A stretch of DNA of 55,038 nt from Verrucomicrobiales bacterium (GTDB lineage Bacteria; Verrucomicrobiota; Verrucomicrobiia; Verrucomicrobiales; V1-33), in contig JANOAV010000068.1 in the NCBI GenBank assembly GCA_031411295.1, positions 1 through 55,038 of the forward strand, read 5' to 3'. Below the pieces are notes generated by a model, which did not search any database, was not told the origin of the DNA, and was given only the letters and a program-made list of their open reading frames with translations. Positions 9,697-18,577 of this stretch are shown one piece after another (within the stretch, counting starts at the first letter, position 1; each line of letters begins with the position of its first letter). Made by a program: the position numbers and the translations under genes.

Positions 9697-10158
9697 ATGA
9701 CCCACGAAGCCCGTTTTGCCGCCCTCTCCCTCGAACTCCCTTCCGCCCCCAAGCCCGTTGCGGTTTATCGACCAGTGGTGGTGGTGCAGGGGATTGCTTA
9801 TGTTTCTGGCCACGGTCCGCTGTGTGTCGATGGCACGCTGATTAAAGGTCGCGTGGGTAGCGAACTAACATTGGAAGAAGGATACGCGGCCGCCCGTCAA
9901 GTGGGGCTGGCGCTGCTGGCTACGGTGCGATCCCATTTCGGCAGTCTGGATGCGATCAAGCGGGTGGTGAAAGTGCTGGGCATGGTGAACTCCGCGCCAG
10001 ATTTCTTGGATCATCCAAAAGTGATCAACGGCTGCAGCGAACTGTTCGCGCAAGTCTTTGGCGACGAATGCGGCATCGGGGCCCGCAGCGCAGTGGGCAT
10101 GGGGCCGTTGCCGGGAAATATTGCGGTGGAGATTGAGGTCATTTTTGAATTGGCCTAA
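9697..10158 (+). CDS. RidA/YjgF family protein
   Basis: Motifs YVSGHGP, VKVLGMVNS, HPKVINGCSEL and ARSAVG...VEIE. ATG at 9697 chosen as the start. Confidence 0.9.
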   Translation: MTHEARFAALSLELPSAPKPVAVYRPVVVVQGIAYVSGHGPLCVDGTLIKGRVGSELTLEEGYAAARQVGLALLATVRSHFGSLDAIKRVVKVLGMVNSAPDFLDHPKVINGCSELFAQVFGDECGIGARSAVGMGPLPGNIAVEIEVIFELA

Positions 10159-10167
10159 ATCCTCCTC

Positions 10168-11502
10168 ATGCCCCCGACCCCAACCAATCTTCTCCTGCTG
10201 GCAGTCGGCGCCATTTTGGTGCTGGTGTTGCTCGTAACATGGCGGAAGTGGAATGCGTTTCTGGCCCTCTTCGTGGCCTCACTGGTCGTCGGCGTGGGTG
10301 GGGGATTGGGTCCCATCCTAACGCTCAAACATTTTCAAGACGGCCTGGGAGCAACGATGGCAGGCATTGCGGCGGTAATTGCGCTGGGTGCCATGCTGGG
10401 GAAATTGCTGGCTGAGTCAGGCGCGGCGCAAGTGCTGGCCGAGCGGTTCAGCAGGTTCTTCGGGCCGCAGCGGGTCGGATGGTGCGTGGCTGCCTTGGCG
10501 GTTTCGGTTGGCTTGGTGACTTGGTTTGCGGTGGGGTTGTTACTGCTGCTTCCGGTGCTGGTGAATTTGTCTCGGGAAACGAAACGTCCGTTTCTCTTGT
10601 TAGCAATCCCGCTGTTGTCGTTTCTGTCCGTGATGCACGGGCTCATGCCGCCGCACCCGGGACCCGTTGCGGCCATTGCCGCGCTGGGTGCTAACACGGG
10701 TGCCGTGCTTGGATATGGCTTCCTGATCGGCTTGCCCACGGCTGCGGTGGCGGGGCCGTTTTTTGCGCGCTTAGCCGTGCGCCATGTCTCTGCGGATGCT
10801 CCGGTGCTGACGGTTGATAGTAGAGTGCAGCGTCCGCTGCCATCATTTGCGATGACGTTGTTCTTAGTGTGTCTGCCGATTGGTCTTATGTTACTAGCCA
10901 CCGCAGCGGAGTTAGTCTTTCCGGCGGAGCATCAAGCGCGTATCATCCTAACGTCGCTGGGCCATCCAGTATTCGCGCTGACGGTGGCGGTGCTGGCGGC
11001 CTCCGTGATGTTTCGGAAAGCCTGTGGATTCTCCCGTGGGGAAATTTTAAAATTCACCGAGCAAAGCATCAGTGGCATTGGTATGACGCTGCTGGTGGTG
11101 GCAGGTGGTGGTGGTTTTGCCCGCGTGCTGCGAGAGGCCAAGGTGGCGGATGCGTTGGGTCAGTTGGCAGGTGAGCTTCATTTGCCGCCGCTGCTTTATG
11201 CCTGGATGGTGGCTGCGTTTATCCGCGTGGCCACGGGATCGGCCACGGTGGCCATCACCACGGCCGCTGGAATCATGGGGCCGTTGTTGGCCGCAAATCC
11301 CTTGGTGAATCGGGAAATGTTGGTGCTCTCCATTGGTTGTGGCTCGTTGTTTCTCTCACACCTAAATGACGGGGGATTCTGGATCGTCAAGGAAAGCCTG
11401 GGACTCACCGTGGGACAGACGCTGCGCACTTGGACGATCACCGAAACCCTGATTGGCCTCATCGGCTTGGTGCTGGTGCTGCTGCTCAATGCCTTTCTCT
11501 AA
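10168..11502 (+). CDS. GntP family gluconate:H+ symporter
   Basis: Polytopic membrane protein with motifs GKLLAESG, HGLMPPHPGP, ATGSATVA and SHLNDGGFW. Confidence 0.92.
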   Translation: MPPTPTNLLLLAVGAILVLVLLVTWRKWNAFLALFVASLVVGVGGGLGPILTLKHFQDGLGATMAGIAAVIALGAMLGKLLAESGAAQVLAERFSRFFGPQRVGWCVAALAVSVGLVTWFAVGLLLLLPVLVNLSRETKRPFLLLAIPLLSFLSVMHGLMPPHPGPVAAIAALGANTGAVLGYGFLIGLPTAAVAGPFFARLAVRHVSADAPVLTVDSRVQRPLPSFAMTLFLVCLPIGLMLLATAAELVFPAEHQARIILTSLGHPVFALTVAVLAASVMFRKACGFSRGEILKFTEQSISGIGMTLLVVAGGGGFARVLREAKVADALGQLAGELHLPPLLYAWMVAAFIRVATGSATVAITTAAGIMGPLLAANPLVNREMLVLSIGCGSLFLSHLNDGGFWIVKESLGLTVGQTLRTWTITETLIGLIGLVLVLLLNAFL

Positions 11503-11516
11503 ATATTCACTAACTC

Positions 11517-12617
11517 ATGCAGCCTCCGTTCATTATTGATGTCCATTTGGATCTGTCACTCAATGCCATTGAGTGGAATCGCGACCTTCGCCTGTCCTTG
11601 CAGGCAGTCCGACGGACCGAAACGCATTGTCAGGATAAACCTGGCCGTGGTCGGGGAACCGTCACGTTGCCTGAAATGCGTCGGGCGAGAATTGGTCTTT
11701 GTGTCGCCACGCAACTAGCCAGACTGGAACACGATGCCTACAGCCCCATCTTCGGTTGGCGTTCATCCCATCAAGCCTGGGCCATGACGCAGGCACAGTT
11801 GGCCTGGTATCGCGCCATGGAAGAGGCTGGGGAAATGGTGCAAATCCGTGATGCGACAGCCTTGGAGCGACATCTCGCGCTGTGGCAGGCGGCAGATGAC
11901 GCCACCTCCGCAACCTTGCCCATCGGCTATATTTTAAGTTTGGAAGGGGCGGATTCACTCATCACCATCGGCCATCTAGAACGCGCTTGGCAGGACGGAT
12001 TGCGAGCCATTGGCCCCGCCCATTACGGCCCGGGCGTCTATGCCCAGGGGACGGATTCGGTGGGCGGATTTCCTGCGTGTGGGCTGGAACTGCTGCGTGA
12101 GTGTGATCGGCTAGGGATGATCCTGGATGTCACCCACCTGAGCGACGATTGTTTCTGGCAAGCTCTGGATCTCTACTCGGGCCCGGTCTGGGCTAGCCAC
12201 CACAACGCCCGCACGCTGGTGCCACATCAGCGTCAATTGAGCGACGAAATGTTTCTGGCCCTGACGGCCCGAGGCGCGGTGGTGGGACTGGCGCTGGACG
12301 CTTGGATGATGGTCCCAGGCTGGCAGCGTGGGGTAACCACTCCACAGTCTGCGAACCTCCATTTATCCAAGCTCGTGGAACACTTGGATCACTATTGCCA
12401 GTTGGCAGGAAATGCTAATCACGTTGGACTGGGAACAGATCTGGACGGCTGCTTCGGCACGGAGCAAACGCCGCAAGACTTGGATTCCATCGCGGACCTG
12501 CAAAAACTCCCTGCCATGCTAGAAGCTCGAGGCTATTCCGAGCAGGACATCGCAGGCGTGCTCCACGGAAATTTTCTGCGGCAGCTACGGCAAGCTTGTG
12601 TTGGAGCTGTTAGTTAG
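11517..12617 (+). CDS. Membrane dipeptidase (peptidase M19)-like amidohydrolase
   Basis: Motifs DVHLD, SLEGAD, LDVTHL, ASHHN and GLGTDLDG. Confidence 0.88.
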   Translation: MQPPFIIDVHLDLSLNAIEWNRDLRLSLQAVRRTETHCQDKPGRGRGTVTLPEMRRARIGLCVATQLARLEHDAYSPIFGWRSSHQAWAMTQAQLAWYRAMEEAGEMVQIRDATALERHLALWQAADDATSATLPIGYILSLEGADSLITIGHLERAWQDGLRAIGPAHYGPGVYAQGTDSVGGFPACGLELLRECDRLGMILDVTHLSDDCFWQALDLYSGPVWASHHNARTLVPHQRQLSDEMFLALTARGAVVGLALDAWMMVPGWQRGVTTPQSANLHLSKLVEHLDHYCQLAGNANHVGLGTDLDGCFGTEQTPQDLDSIADLQKLPAMLEARGYSEQDIAGVLHGNFLRQLRQACVGAVS

Positions 12618-12691
12618 AGTTGTATGTTTTTCTCTGGTGCGCACGGTTTTAGAATTTGCCCCAGCTCGTAATTCGTGGCATGGTGCAACTC

Positions 12692-12964
12692 ATGAGTGTC
12701 ATGGAATTAGAGAAAGAGGCCGAATTGCTCACCGTCGAGCAGTTAGAGGAGTTGCGCTCAAAAGTAGAAATGGTGGCCAGGCGAAAGCAAAAGCTCGCAT
12801 TGCTGGAGGCTCGGGATTTTGCCGCCTCGCAGGCGCGGGAGGGCAAGCCAGCAGTAATTATGAGCCAGCCATTGGAGAACGTTTCGCCTAAGTTAAATCA
12901 CGAGAACGCGATGGACCACGTATTCACTAAGTTCCCTGAGACACTGCGTTTGCTGGCTCAATAG
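12692..12964 (+). CDS. Small hypothetical protein, antitoxin-like
   Basis: 90-aa helical ORF. The C-terminal '...HVFTKFPETLRLLAQ' resembles the tails of Doc-associated antitoxins (from recall). Confidence 0.45.
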   Translation: MSVMELEKEAELLTVEQLEELRSKVEMVARRKQKLALLEARDFAASQAREGKPAVIMSQPLENVSPKLNHENAMDHVFTKFPETLRLLAQ

Positions 12965-13107
12965 GTCATGACGCTTAGGTCCCATGCCTGATAAGACACA
13001 GCGCACTTGGTTGTGGGTGGCAAACATGCGATGGGACTTACATTGGATGTCGCTTACCCCCCGAGCGACTTCTGTGTTGCCCACGCTGGCAGAGCTTTGC
13101 ATATCGC

Positions 13108-13821
13108 TTAACCCTGCGACCTCCAACTCCCTGCCATCACATGGTTGGCGAATCTGCCAAACTGGAACCATTCAGGTTTAGCTCCGTGGGCGCGTGGTTT
13201 TGGTGGCTTCGGATCCTTTTCGCCTTCCAGCAATTTCAATTCAGGCGCTAGTCGTTCCCAGTGTGCCATGCGGGTGCCATTTACGACATCGGGTCCCGTT
13301 AAATAAAGCACATCATCGTCAGATAAATGTTCCAAATTGACTCGACTGGTGCGTCTGATGACTTCCTCCAGCACTTCTGCAAGGAACCAATGCCCCCCAC
13401 AGGCCCCAAAGGCGTAGTTTCCCATCTGCACAAGCTCCCACGGAGCCTTGGCCACCCGCTTGTGTCGATACCGGAAACCTTCCTCCGCCATGGTCCATTC
13501 CCACGGGAAAACAATATTCTCCGAGACTAGCGGATCGAGCGGTTCGTGGAAATACACATCAGTATCGCAGTAGAAGCCGCCGTATTCATACACTGCCAGC
13601 AGCCGAAACAAATCCGCCTTCAGGACTGGCTTCGGCAATGCCTTGTAGAGCGGCAAGAAATCAGGATGGAGCGATTTTACGAAATTTAAGCAACCCGCGT
13701 CATCGAAGAACATTACCTCCCAATCAGGATGTAATTTCAAGAGACTGGCGCGACAGGACTTGTCCATCGTGGACAGGTGACGAAGCGAGCGATTGGTTTG
13801 TATTAAGCGTTTTGGTATCAT
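13108..13821 (-). CDS. Glycosyltransferase, GT32/Och1-like (DXD sugar-binding)
   Basis: Motifs MIPKRLIQT, KADLFRL, GGFYCDTDV, LTGP and HVMAGSW. Confidence 0.88.
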   Translation of the reverse strand: MIPKRLIQTNRSLRHLSTMDKSCRASLLKLHPDWEVMFFDDAGCLNFVKSLHPDFLPLYKALPKPVLKADLFRLLAVYEYGGFYCDTDVYFHEPLDPLVSENIVFPWEWTMAEEGFRYRHKRVAKAPWELVQMGNYAFGACGGHWFLAEVLEEVIRRTSRVNLEHLSDDDVLYLTGPDVVNGTRMAHWERLAPELKLLEGEKDPKPPKPRAHGAKPEWFQFGRFANHVMAGSWRSQG

Positions 13822-13837
13822 GGAATACGGGGAGATT

Positions 13838-15520
13838 TCAAGCGAACCGCCATTGAAGTTTGGATGGAGTCGTTGTGCTTACTCGGGCTTTAGATTGCTC
13901 CAAAGACCATGTTAGTTGACCCGGCAAAGATGATTCGGTTGGGGATACAGATTTTATCTTCCTCAGCCACCCAGAGGCCTGGACGCGCCCTATCATTCCG
14001 AAGTGAGGGCCGAATTGCAGGTATTGCTGCAATGGTAGTTGGCGGTGTTTTGGTTGGTTAGGACGGCCAGCCAACGGTTTTGCAAACCCCTCCGCCACTT
14101 CCTTTGCGTGGACTCTGCGCCAAGCACGGCCATACCCCACACAGTCGGATTTTGCCCAAGCTGGCTTCGCGAATAATTCCGCCCCGGGCAGCGGATTAGC
14201 TCTACCACTGAGTAAAATGAAGTTTTGATGGTTTCCAAGTTTCATTCCCTGTTCCAGCAGAATGGGAGTCAGAAGATCAGGATTTTGAAAGGAGGCCTGA
14301 TCCATGGGGATCTGCGCTGTGTGTTGCCTCCATGGCTGTGGTGCCTTGCCCAGATCTGCCTCCGACACCCACGCCAGACAGAACAGCACTTCCTGATCTG
14401 CTGGGAAGTTCCAATGTTGCCAATGCTGGTGCAAGTATTGCAACGACTGTGGCAGCACGGGAACGATGATCAATGTGTTATCACGAACCGGAATTGTCTC
14501 CACTGTGGATGGTTTCAGTGCCGCAGTCTTGGGATCTGGCCCGCAGCAGGCTCCTGCGATGGAACCAAAATTCACCACCTCGCTGCGCGGATTTGCCCAC
14601 GTAACATACTCAACATCCAAAGGCAGGAATTTCGACATCCCACCTGCTGGAATGAAACTGAGCACTCCCTTCTTTGAAATTCGCGGATACACCGCCGCCT
14701 GAAGGAACCATTCATCAAATCCATAATCCGGCCAACGTGTTCCGTAAATTTCTCGTGGACCGCAGCCTGCTGGATGGCAGATCGTTTCAATGAGTCCCTT
14801 GGTGGTATTCCAGTGGAGCGCTTCCATCAGCAGTCGCGCTGGCAAAGGAGAAACGGAGCCGAACTGACATCCCAGAATCGGACGATAGGTTACGGATTGC
14901 TTATCTGCTCCACGCGCCAGCAGCGGTTCGTCCGGCAGCCATGGCACGCGCCACATTCCCAAACCGGATCGTGCCATCGTATCCGTGCGATCCAAATCAG
15001 CCAGAATGTCAGGTGCACGGTCAGAGTCCGTAAATGTCACCATCGTTGACTTGTCCTCTAATGCTAGGAACCGCCAGAGCGCACCGGGGTTATGACTTAT
15101 GGACGGGCTATTCATCAGCCGGACTTCACAGCCCACTTTAACCAGATCCGCCACGAGGAATTCCATATCAGAGGCCAGATAGACGCGGAAGCTGGCGTCC
15201 TTGCGTTCCTTGGCCACCAGCTTTGCCGCCTCCAGTAATGGCTTCACGTAGTGATCCCACGGTTCCACGCGGAAATGGATTCCCGCCGCTCCGGGATTTT
15301 TCAGGAGCCACTTCGTGGGCTTTGGCAGCGGTGCATCTTCTGCATGCGTGTTCTTCCAGAAGAGGGAAACACAGACGGTATGGCGTGTCTCCCGAGGATT
15401 GATGATTCGTTCCACCCCCAGCCAATGTTCATACTGTGCCTTTTCCTGCTTGGTCACTCCAGCGCGATACGCTTTGACCATCTCGTCAGTTAGCATTGGG
15501 AATACATGGGTCCAACTCAT
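13838..15520 (-). CDS. Hypothetical protein, probable GT-A-like glycosyltransferase
   Basis: Motifs GALWRFLAL..DSD and YGFDEWFL..VYP. Co-oriented with, and immediately upstream of, the GT32 gene. Confidence 0.55.
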   Translation of the reverse strand: MSWTHVFPMLTDEMVKAYRAGVTKQEKAQYEHWLGVERIINPRETRHTVCVSLFWKNTHAEDAPLPKPTKWLLKNPGAAGIHFRVEPWDHYVKPLLEAAKLVAKERKDASFRVYLASDMEFLVADLVKVGCEVRLMNSPSISHNPGALWRFLALEDKSTMVTFTDSDRAPDILADLDRTDTMARSGLGMWRVPWLPDEPLLARGADKQSVTYRPILGCQFGSVSPLPARLLMEALHWNTTKGLIETICHPAGCGPREIYGTRWPDYGFDEWFLQAAVYPRISKKGVLSFIPAGGMSKFLPLDVEYVTWANPRSEVVNFGSIAGACCGPDPKTAALKPSTVETIPVRDNTLIIVPVLPQSLQYLHQHWQHWNFPADQEVLFCLAWVSEADLGKAPQPWRQHTAQIPMDQASFQNPDLLTPILLEQGMKLGNHQNFILLSGRANPLPGAELFAKPAWAKSDCVGYGRAWRRVHAKEVAEGFAKPLAGRPNQPKHRQLPLQQYLQFGPHFGMIGRVQASGWLRKIKSVSPTESSLPGQLTWSLEQSKARVSTTTPSKLQWRFA

Positions 15521-15601
15521 TTTTGATTGGTGATTAAGTTAATAAGTGAATTCGAAAATTTGGGAAGTGAGGCTCGTTTTGTGCTCTTGTGTTCTTTGTT
15601 G

Positions 15602-16882
15602 CTAAGCTTTCTTCAACGCTGTCACACGATGCGTTGGCTGTGGCTTACCGGGGCGGAATGCGACCTTGTCCAGCCAAGTGAATTTGAGCCCGCGCCTCGC
15701 AGTATTTAGGTGGCGTGTCACTACTTCATCCATCCACGCGGGATCTGCTTCCGCCCGCAGATTCACCAGTAGGTCTGCCTCTGAAAATGTTCCCTCCATC
15801 CGCCGGGAAAGTTCCGCCGCATCCCCATTCCTAACGGCGTTGACGACCGCCAACGTGGCACGGGCGTCCCGCCCGTTAGCCTTGGAACGTCCTTCCATGA
15901 CTCTAGCGCCAACTCTCTCTGGCAGTTCTTGGCTTATGGGCGGGACGCCCATGCCACATTCAAGGCTCATCTTGAAATGCGCCAACTCCGCCCCGCCTGC
16001 TTCTAACTCCTGCTGAATCTCTCCTGCTAGTTTCAACAGCAGCGCATTTCCATCCACAGCGCTTCCACTCACCTCCACCCGCAGCTTGGCATTGAACCAT
16101 CCCATCAGCGCCTCACCTATTGCATAGCGTTCATAGTCCACATCCATCAGCGCTTTGGGCTGAGTTTCCTCCTCCAGCAGTAAATCCAGCCATGCCTCAC
16201 AGCCTTCACCAGATCGGGCAGAAATGGAGAGCACGCGCTTCCCTGGCCAATCCTGAGCCAACCGTGTCAGCAGCTTTTCCTGCTGGGCTGGCTTTAGTAA
16301 ATCCAGCTTGTTCACAACCAGCAGTTCCGCCTCCTCCAGTTGCTTGAGGTAAATGTATGCCACGTCCTTGGAAAATGAGTTCCCCGCCGCCCGCCCCGTC
16401 CCAAAGTAATGCCCCCAAGCCCGCTTCGCATCAATCACCACAGACATCGGTGCCCGCCGAAACGTCTGACCATAATTTTGTTCCAGCGGCAGCAACACCG
16501 TGGCAACCAAATCCGTGCAGCTCCCCACAGGCTCCGCAATAAACACATCCGGCTTGTCCTCACTGGCCTGCATCTCCTTCAGCGCCCCCGCCAACTCATC
16601 CGCCCGGCAACAAAAACACCCACCCGTAATCTCCCTAACCATCGGCTTCTCGCCAGCATCCCTCGAACTCGTTTGCGTATCCACTAACCCCGTCCCCTGA
16701 TCATTCGTTATCAACCCCACTCGCTTCCCTCGCCCCCGCAACAGCCGCGTTAGCACCCCCAGACAAGTCGTTTTCCCAGAACCCAGAAAGCCACCGATTA
16801 ACAGAAAGGTTCGGCCACCCGAGCGGGATGGAGTGAATACTGGCGCTTTCTTGCGAGAGTCTGGAAAATGTGAGGGAGGCAT
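15602..16882 (-). CDS. CobW/COG0523 family G3E GTPase metallochaperone
   Basis: Walker A GGFLGSGKTT, ITNDQG, GGCFCC, EPVGSC and NKLD. Carries an internal REP insertion. Confidence 0.9.
   Translation of the reverse strand: MPPSHFPDSRKKAPVFTPSRSGGRTFLLIGGFLGSGKTTCLGVLTRLLRGRGKRVGLITNDQGTGLVDTQTSSRDAGEKPMVREITGGCFCCRADELAGALKEMQASEDKPDVFIAEPVGSCTDLVATVLLPLEQNYGQTFRRAPMSVVIDAKRAWGHYFGTGRAAGNSFSKDVAYIYLKQLEEAELLVVNKLDLLKPAQQEKLLTRLAQDWPGKRVLSISARSGEGCEAWLDLLLEEETQPKALMDVDYERYAIGEALMGWFNAKLRVEVSGSAVDGNALLLKLAGEIQQELEAGGAELAHFKMSLECGMGVPPISQELPERVGARVMEGRSKANGRDARATLAVVNAVRNGDAAELSRRMEGTFSEADLLVNLRAEADPAWMDEVVTRHLNTARRGLKFTWLDKVAFRPGKPQPTHRVTALKKA
15855..15957. repeat. Inverted GTGG-type REP doublet inside the CobW coding sequence
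   Basis: GTGGCACGGGCGTCCCGCCCGT (15855-15876) and ATGGGCGGGACGCCCATGCCAC (15936-15957) are inverted at 20/22 positions. Each has a GGGCG-N3-CGCCC hairpin. Confidence 0.85.
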
Positions 16883-16892
16883 AAATAACCTC

Positions 16893-16921
16893 TTGCATAC
16901 TCTCTCTCTCTCTGCAAGAAT
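16893..16921 (+). promoter_or_regulatory. Putative sigma70 promoter with a (CT)7 microsatellite in the spacer
   Basis: TTGCAT (16893-16898), a 17-bp spacer containing (CT)7 at 16900-16913, then AAGAAT (16916-16921). The tract is flanked by the inverted repeat TCTTGCA/TGCAAGA. Confidence 0.45.
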
Positions 16922-16998
16922 TGTGCTACACCGAGGGCGAAAATCTTTGCCCCAGTGCTTCCTTCAACTTCAAGTCTAACTTCTAACGCTCTGAATTC

Positions 16999-17295
16999 AT
17001 GAAACGCCGCGCTTTTATAAAGGAAACTTCACTCACCTCGGTATCTGCACTGTTTTTTTCTAGCCTCATTGACTCCTCGGAAGCTTTACCTCCGTCACCG
17101 AGGAGGTGGTGGTCTTCATGTCGCAAGGCTGACGGATTAGCGGGTCAGTGCCTTATTGCTAGAAACTCTAGCGGCGGAGAACTAGCACTTCAAAAGTGTT
17201 ACGTCTACTGTGACGGTGATTATATGCAGGGTTATTGCCCGAAACCAGGATTGCCCAATGCTGGGGTGGTAGAAGCCTGTGCAACCGCTTTATGA
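16999..17295 (+). CDS. Small Tat-exported cysteine-rich peptide
   Basis: MKRRAFIK twin-arginine motif, a likely S-E-A cleavage site after residue 29, and a 69-aa mature part with 6 Cys. Confidence 0.7.
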   Translation: MKRRAFIKETSLTSVSALFFSSLIDSSEALPPSPRRWWSSCRKADGLAGQCLIARNSSGGELALQKCYVYCDGDYMQGYCPKPGLPNAGVVEACATAL

Positions 17296-18329
17296 GTTTA
17301 AATTTTATGAAGAATGCCGTTATTGCTGGTTTGGTTTTCTTTATCCTCCTAATCAGTTACATCTCCTACAAACCGACCCCGACGGATCTTAAACTGCCAA
17401 ATCCAATTATTACATCTTCCATCGTTCCCAAAAATAAATCAGCATTTGTTGACCAAAGGTTATCAGCAATCCGCAAACAGTATACATCGCCAAGTTTTGA
17501 GGAGCTTGAAGGTTATCTAAACTCGTCTGGACGGACAGCGCCTGCCTTGACTGCTGTTTACTTTATGACTGGTGATCGTCGTGCCCTTGATGAGTTGAGG
17601 ACACTGAAAAATGACACGGTAGCACGCACGACATTATTGATTGCCCCTGGCACTACAGCACAAGATAGATTGCGGTTATCAGAGTCTTTGATTCTGGATG
17701 ACCCTGAAAACGCTCTTGGTTATATTCTTGGAGCGAAAGCGTCGCAAGATTTAAATAGAAATGACAAAGCCGCTGACCTTGTTGCCCAAGCGATGAGAAA
17801 AACCTCATTAAAGACATACGAACTGGAAATCACACTGGAAGCGCGGGCTGCATGGAAAACTCTTGGGCATGATCCAATCAGCGCAACTATGGCAAGTTAT
17901 GCAGCCGGTTCACCGGTGCAATATATCAGCGATCCAATACTAGACGTCGCTAAGCAAACTTGGAGGAACACAACGCAGGATGGTTCCGACGACGCAAAAA
18001 TAAATGCAGCGACAAATATGTTGCGCTTTGCCTCATTTTTCAATGGAGTTCCAAGCCAACAATCTCCGTTTTGGATTAGTAATGGTCAAATGCTACAAGC
18101 TGACTTACTGAAACAACTACCACCAGAAATTCCTTACGGGGACGGCGGTGAAACAGTCGGGATGAGATTAAAAGCAATTCGAACGAAGCAATACGAACAG
18201 AATGATTTGGTTAAATCAGCCATGTCGAAGTTAAGTGAATGTCATCCTTCTCTGGTTGATGATTATTTCAATAGAGTTGATCATTTTGGCGAACATGAAG
18301 CCGCCAAATGGCTGATGCAACATAAATAA
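17292..18329 (+). CDS. Hypothetical membrane-anchored helical (TPR-like) protein
   Basis: ATGA overlap with the peptide gene, N-terminal TM helix, and a 'DPENALGYIL' TPR-like segment. Visibly AT-richer than the flanking DNA. Confidence 0.7.
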   Translation: MSLNFMKNAVIAGLVFFILLISYISYKPTPTDLKLPNPIITSSIVPKNKSAFVDQRLSAIRKQYTSPSFEELEGYLNSSGRTAPALTAVYFMTGDRRALDELRTLKNDTVARTTLLIAPGTTAQDRLRLSESLILDDPENALGYILGAKASQDLNRNDKAADLVAQAMRKTSLKTYELEITLEARAAWKTLGHDPISATMASYAAGSPVQYISDPILDVAKQTWRNTTQDGSDDAKINAATNMLRFASFFNGVPSQQSPFWISNGQMLQADLLKQLPPEIPYGDGGETVGMRLKAIRTKQYEQNDLVKSAMSKLSECHPSLVDDYFNRVDHFGEHEAAKWLMQHK

Positions 18330-18416
18330 CTTCCGTAACACCCGTGCTATTGGGCCCAGGCTGCATTGTCATCCCCTCCAGTGCGCACCAGTTTAACACG
18401 AAAGCGGTTTATTAGT

Positions 18417-18504
18417 GGGCACCTCTAATGACCTCGTTATTTCCAAGGGGGCTCGGTTCAAAATGGTGGAAAACAGCCCGATTTCTGTGTTTTTAGAGGT
18501 GCCC
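18417..18504. mobile_element. 88-bp MITE (non-autonomous IS derivative)
   Basis: Perfect 12-bp terminal inverted repeats GGGCACCTCTAA/TTAGAGGTGCCC, flanked by a 4-bp direct repeat TAGT (18413-18416, 18505-18508). A second copy lies at 52628-52716. Confidence 0.8.
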
Positions 18505-18577
18505 TAGTCTATGTATGAGCTAAACGAGTGCGTTACATCCATTAAAATAGCAATTTACTACCAATTTTACCACACCC

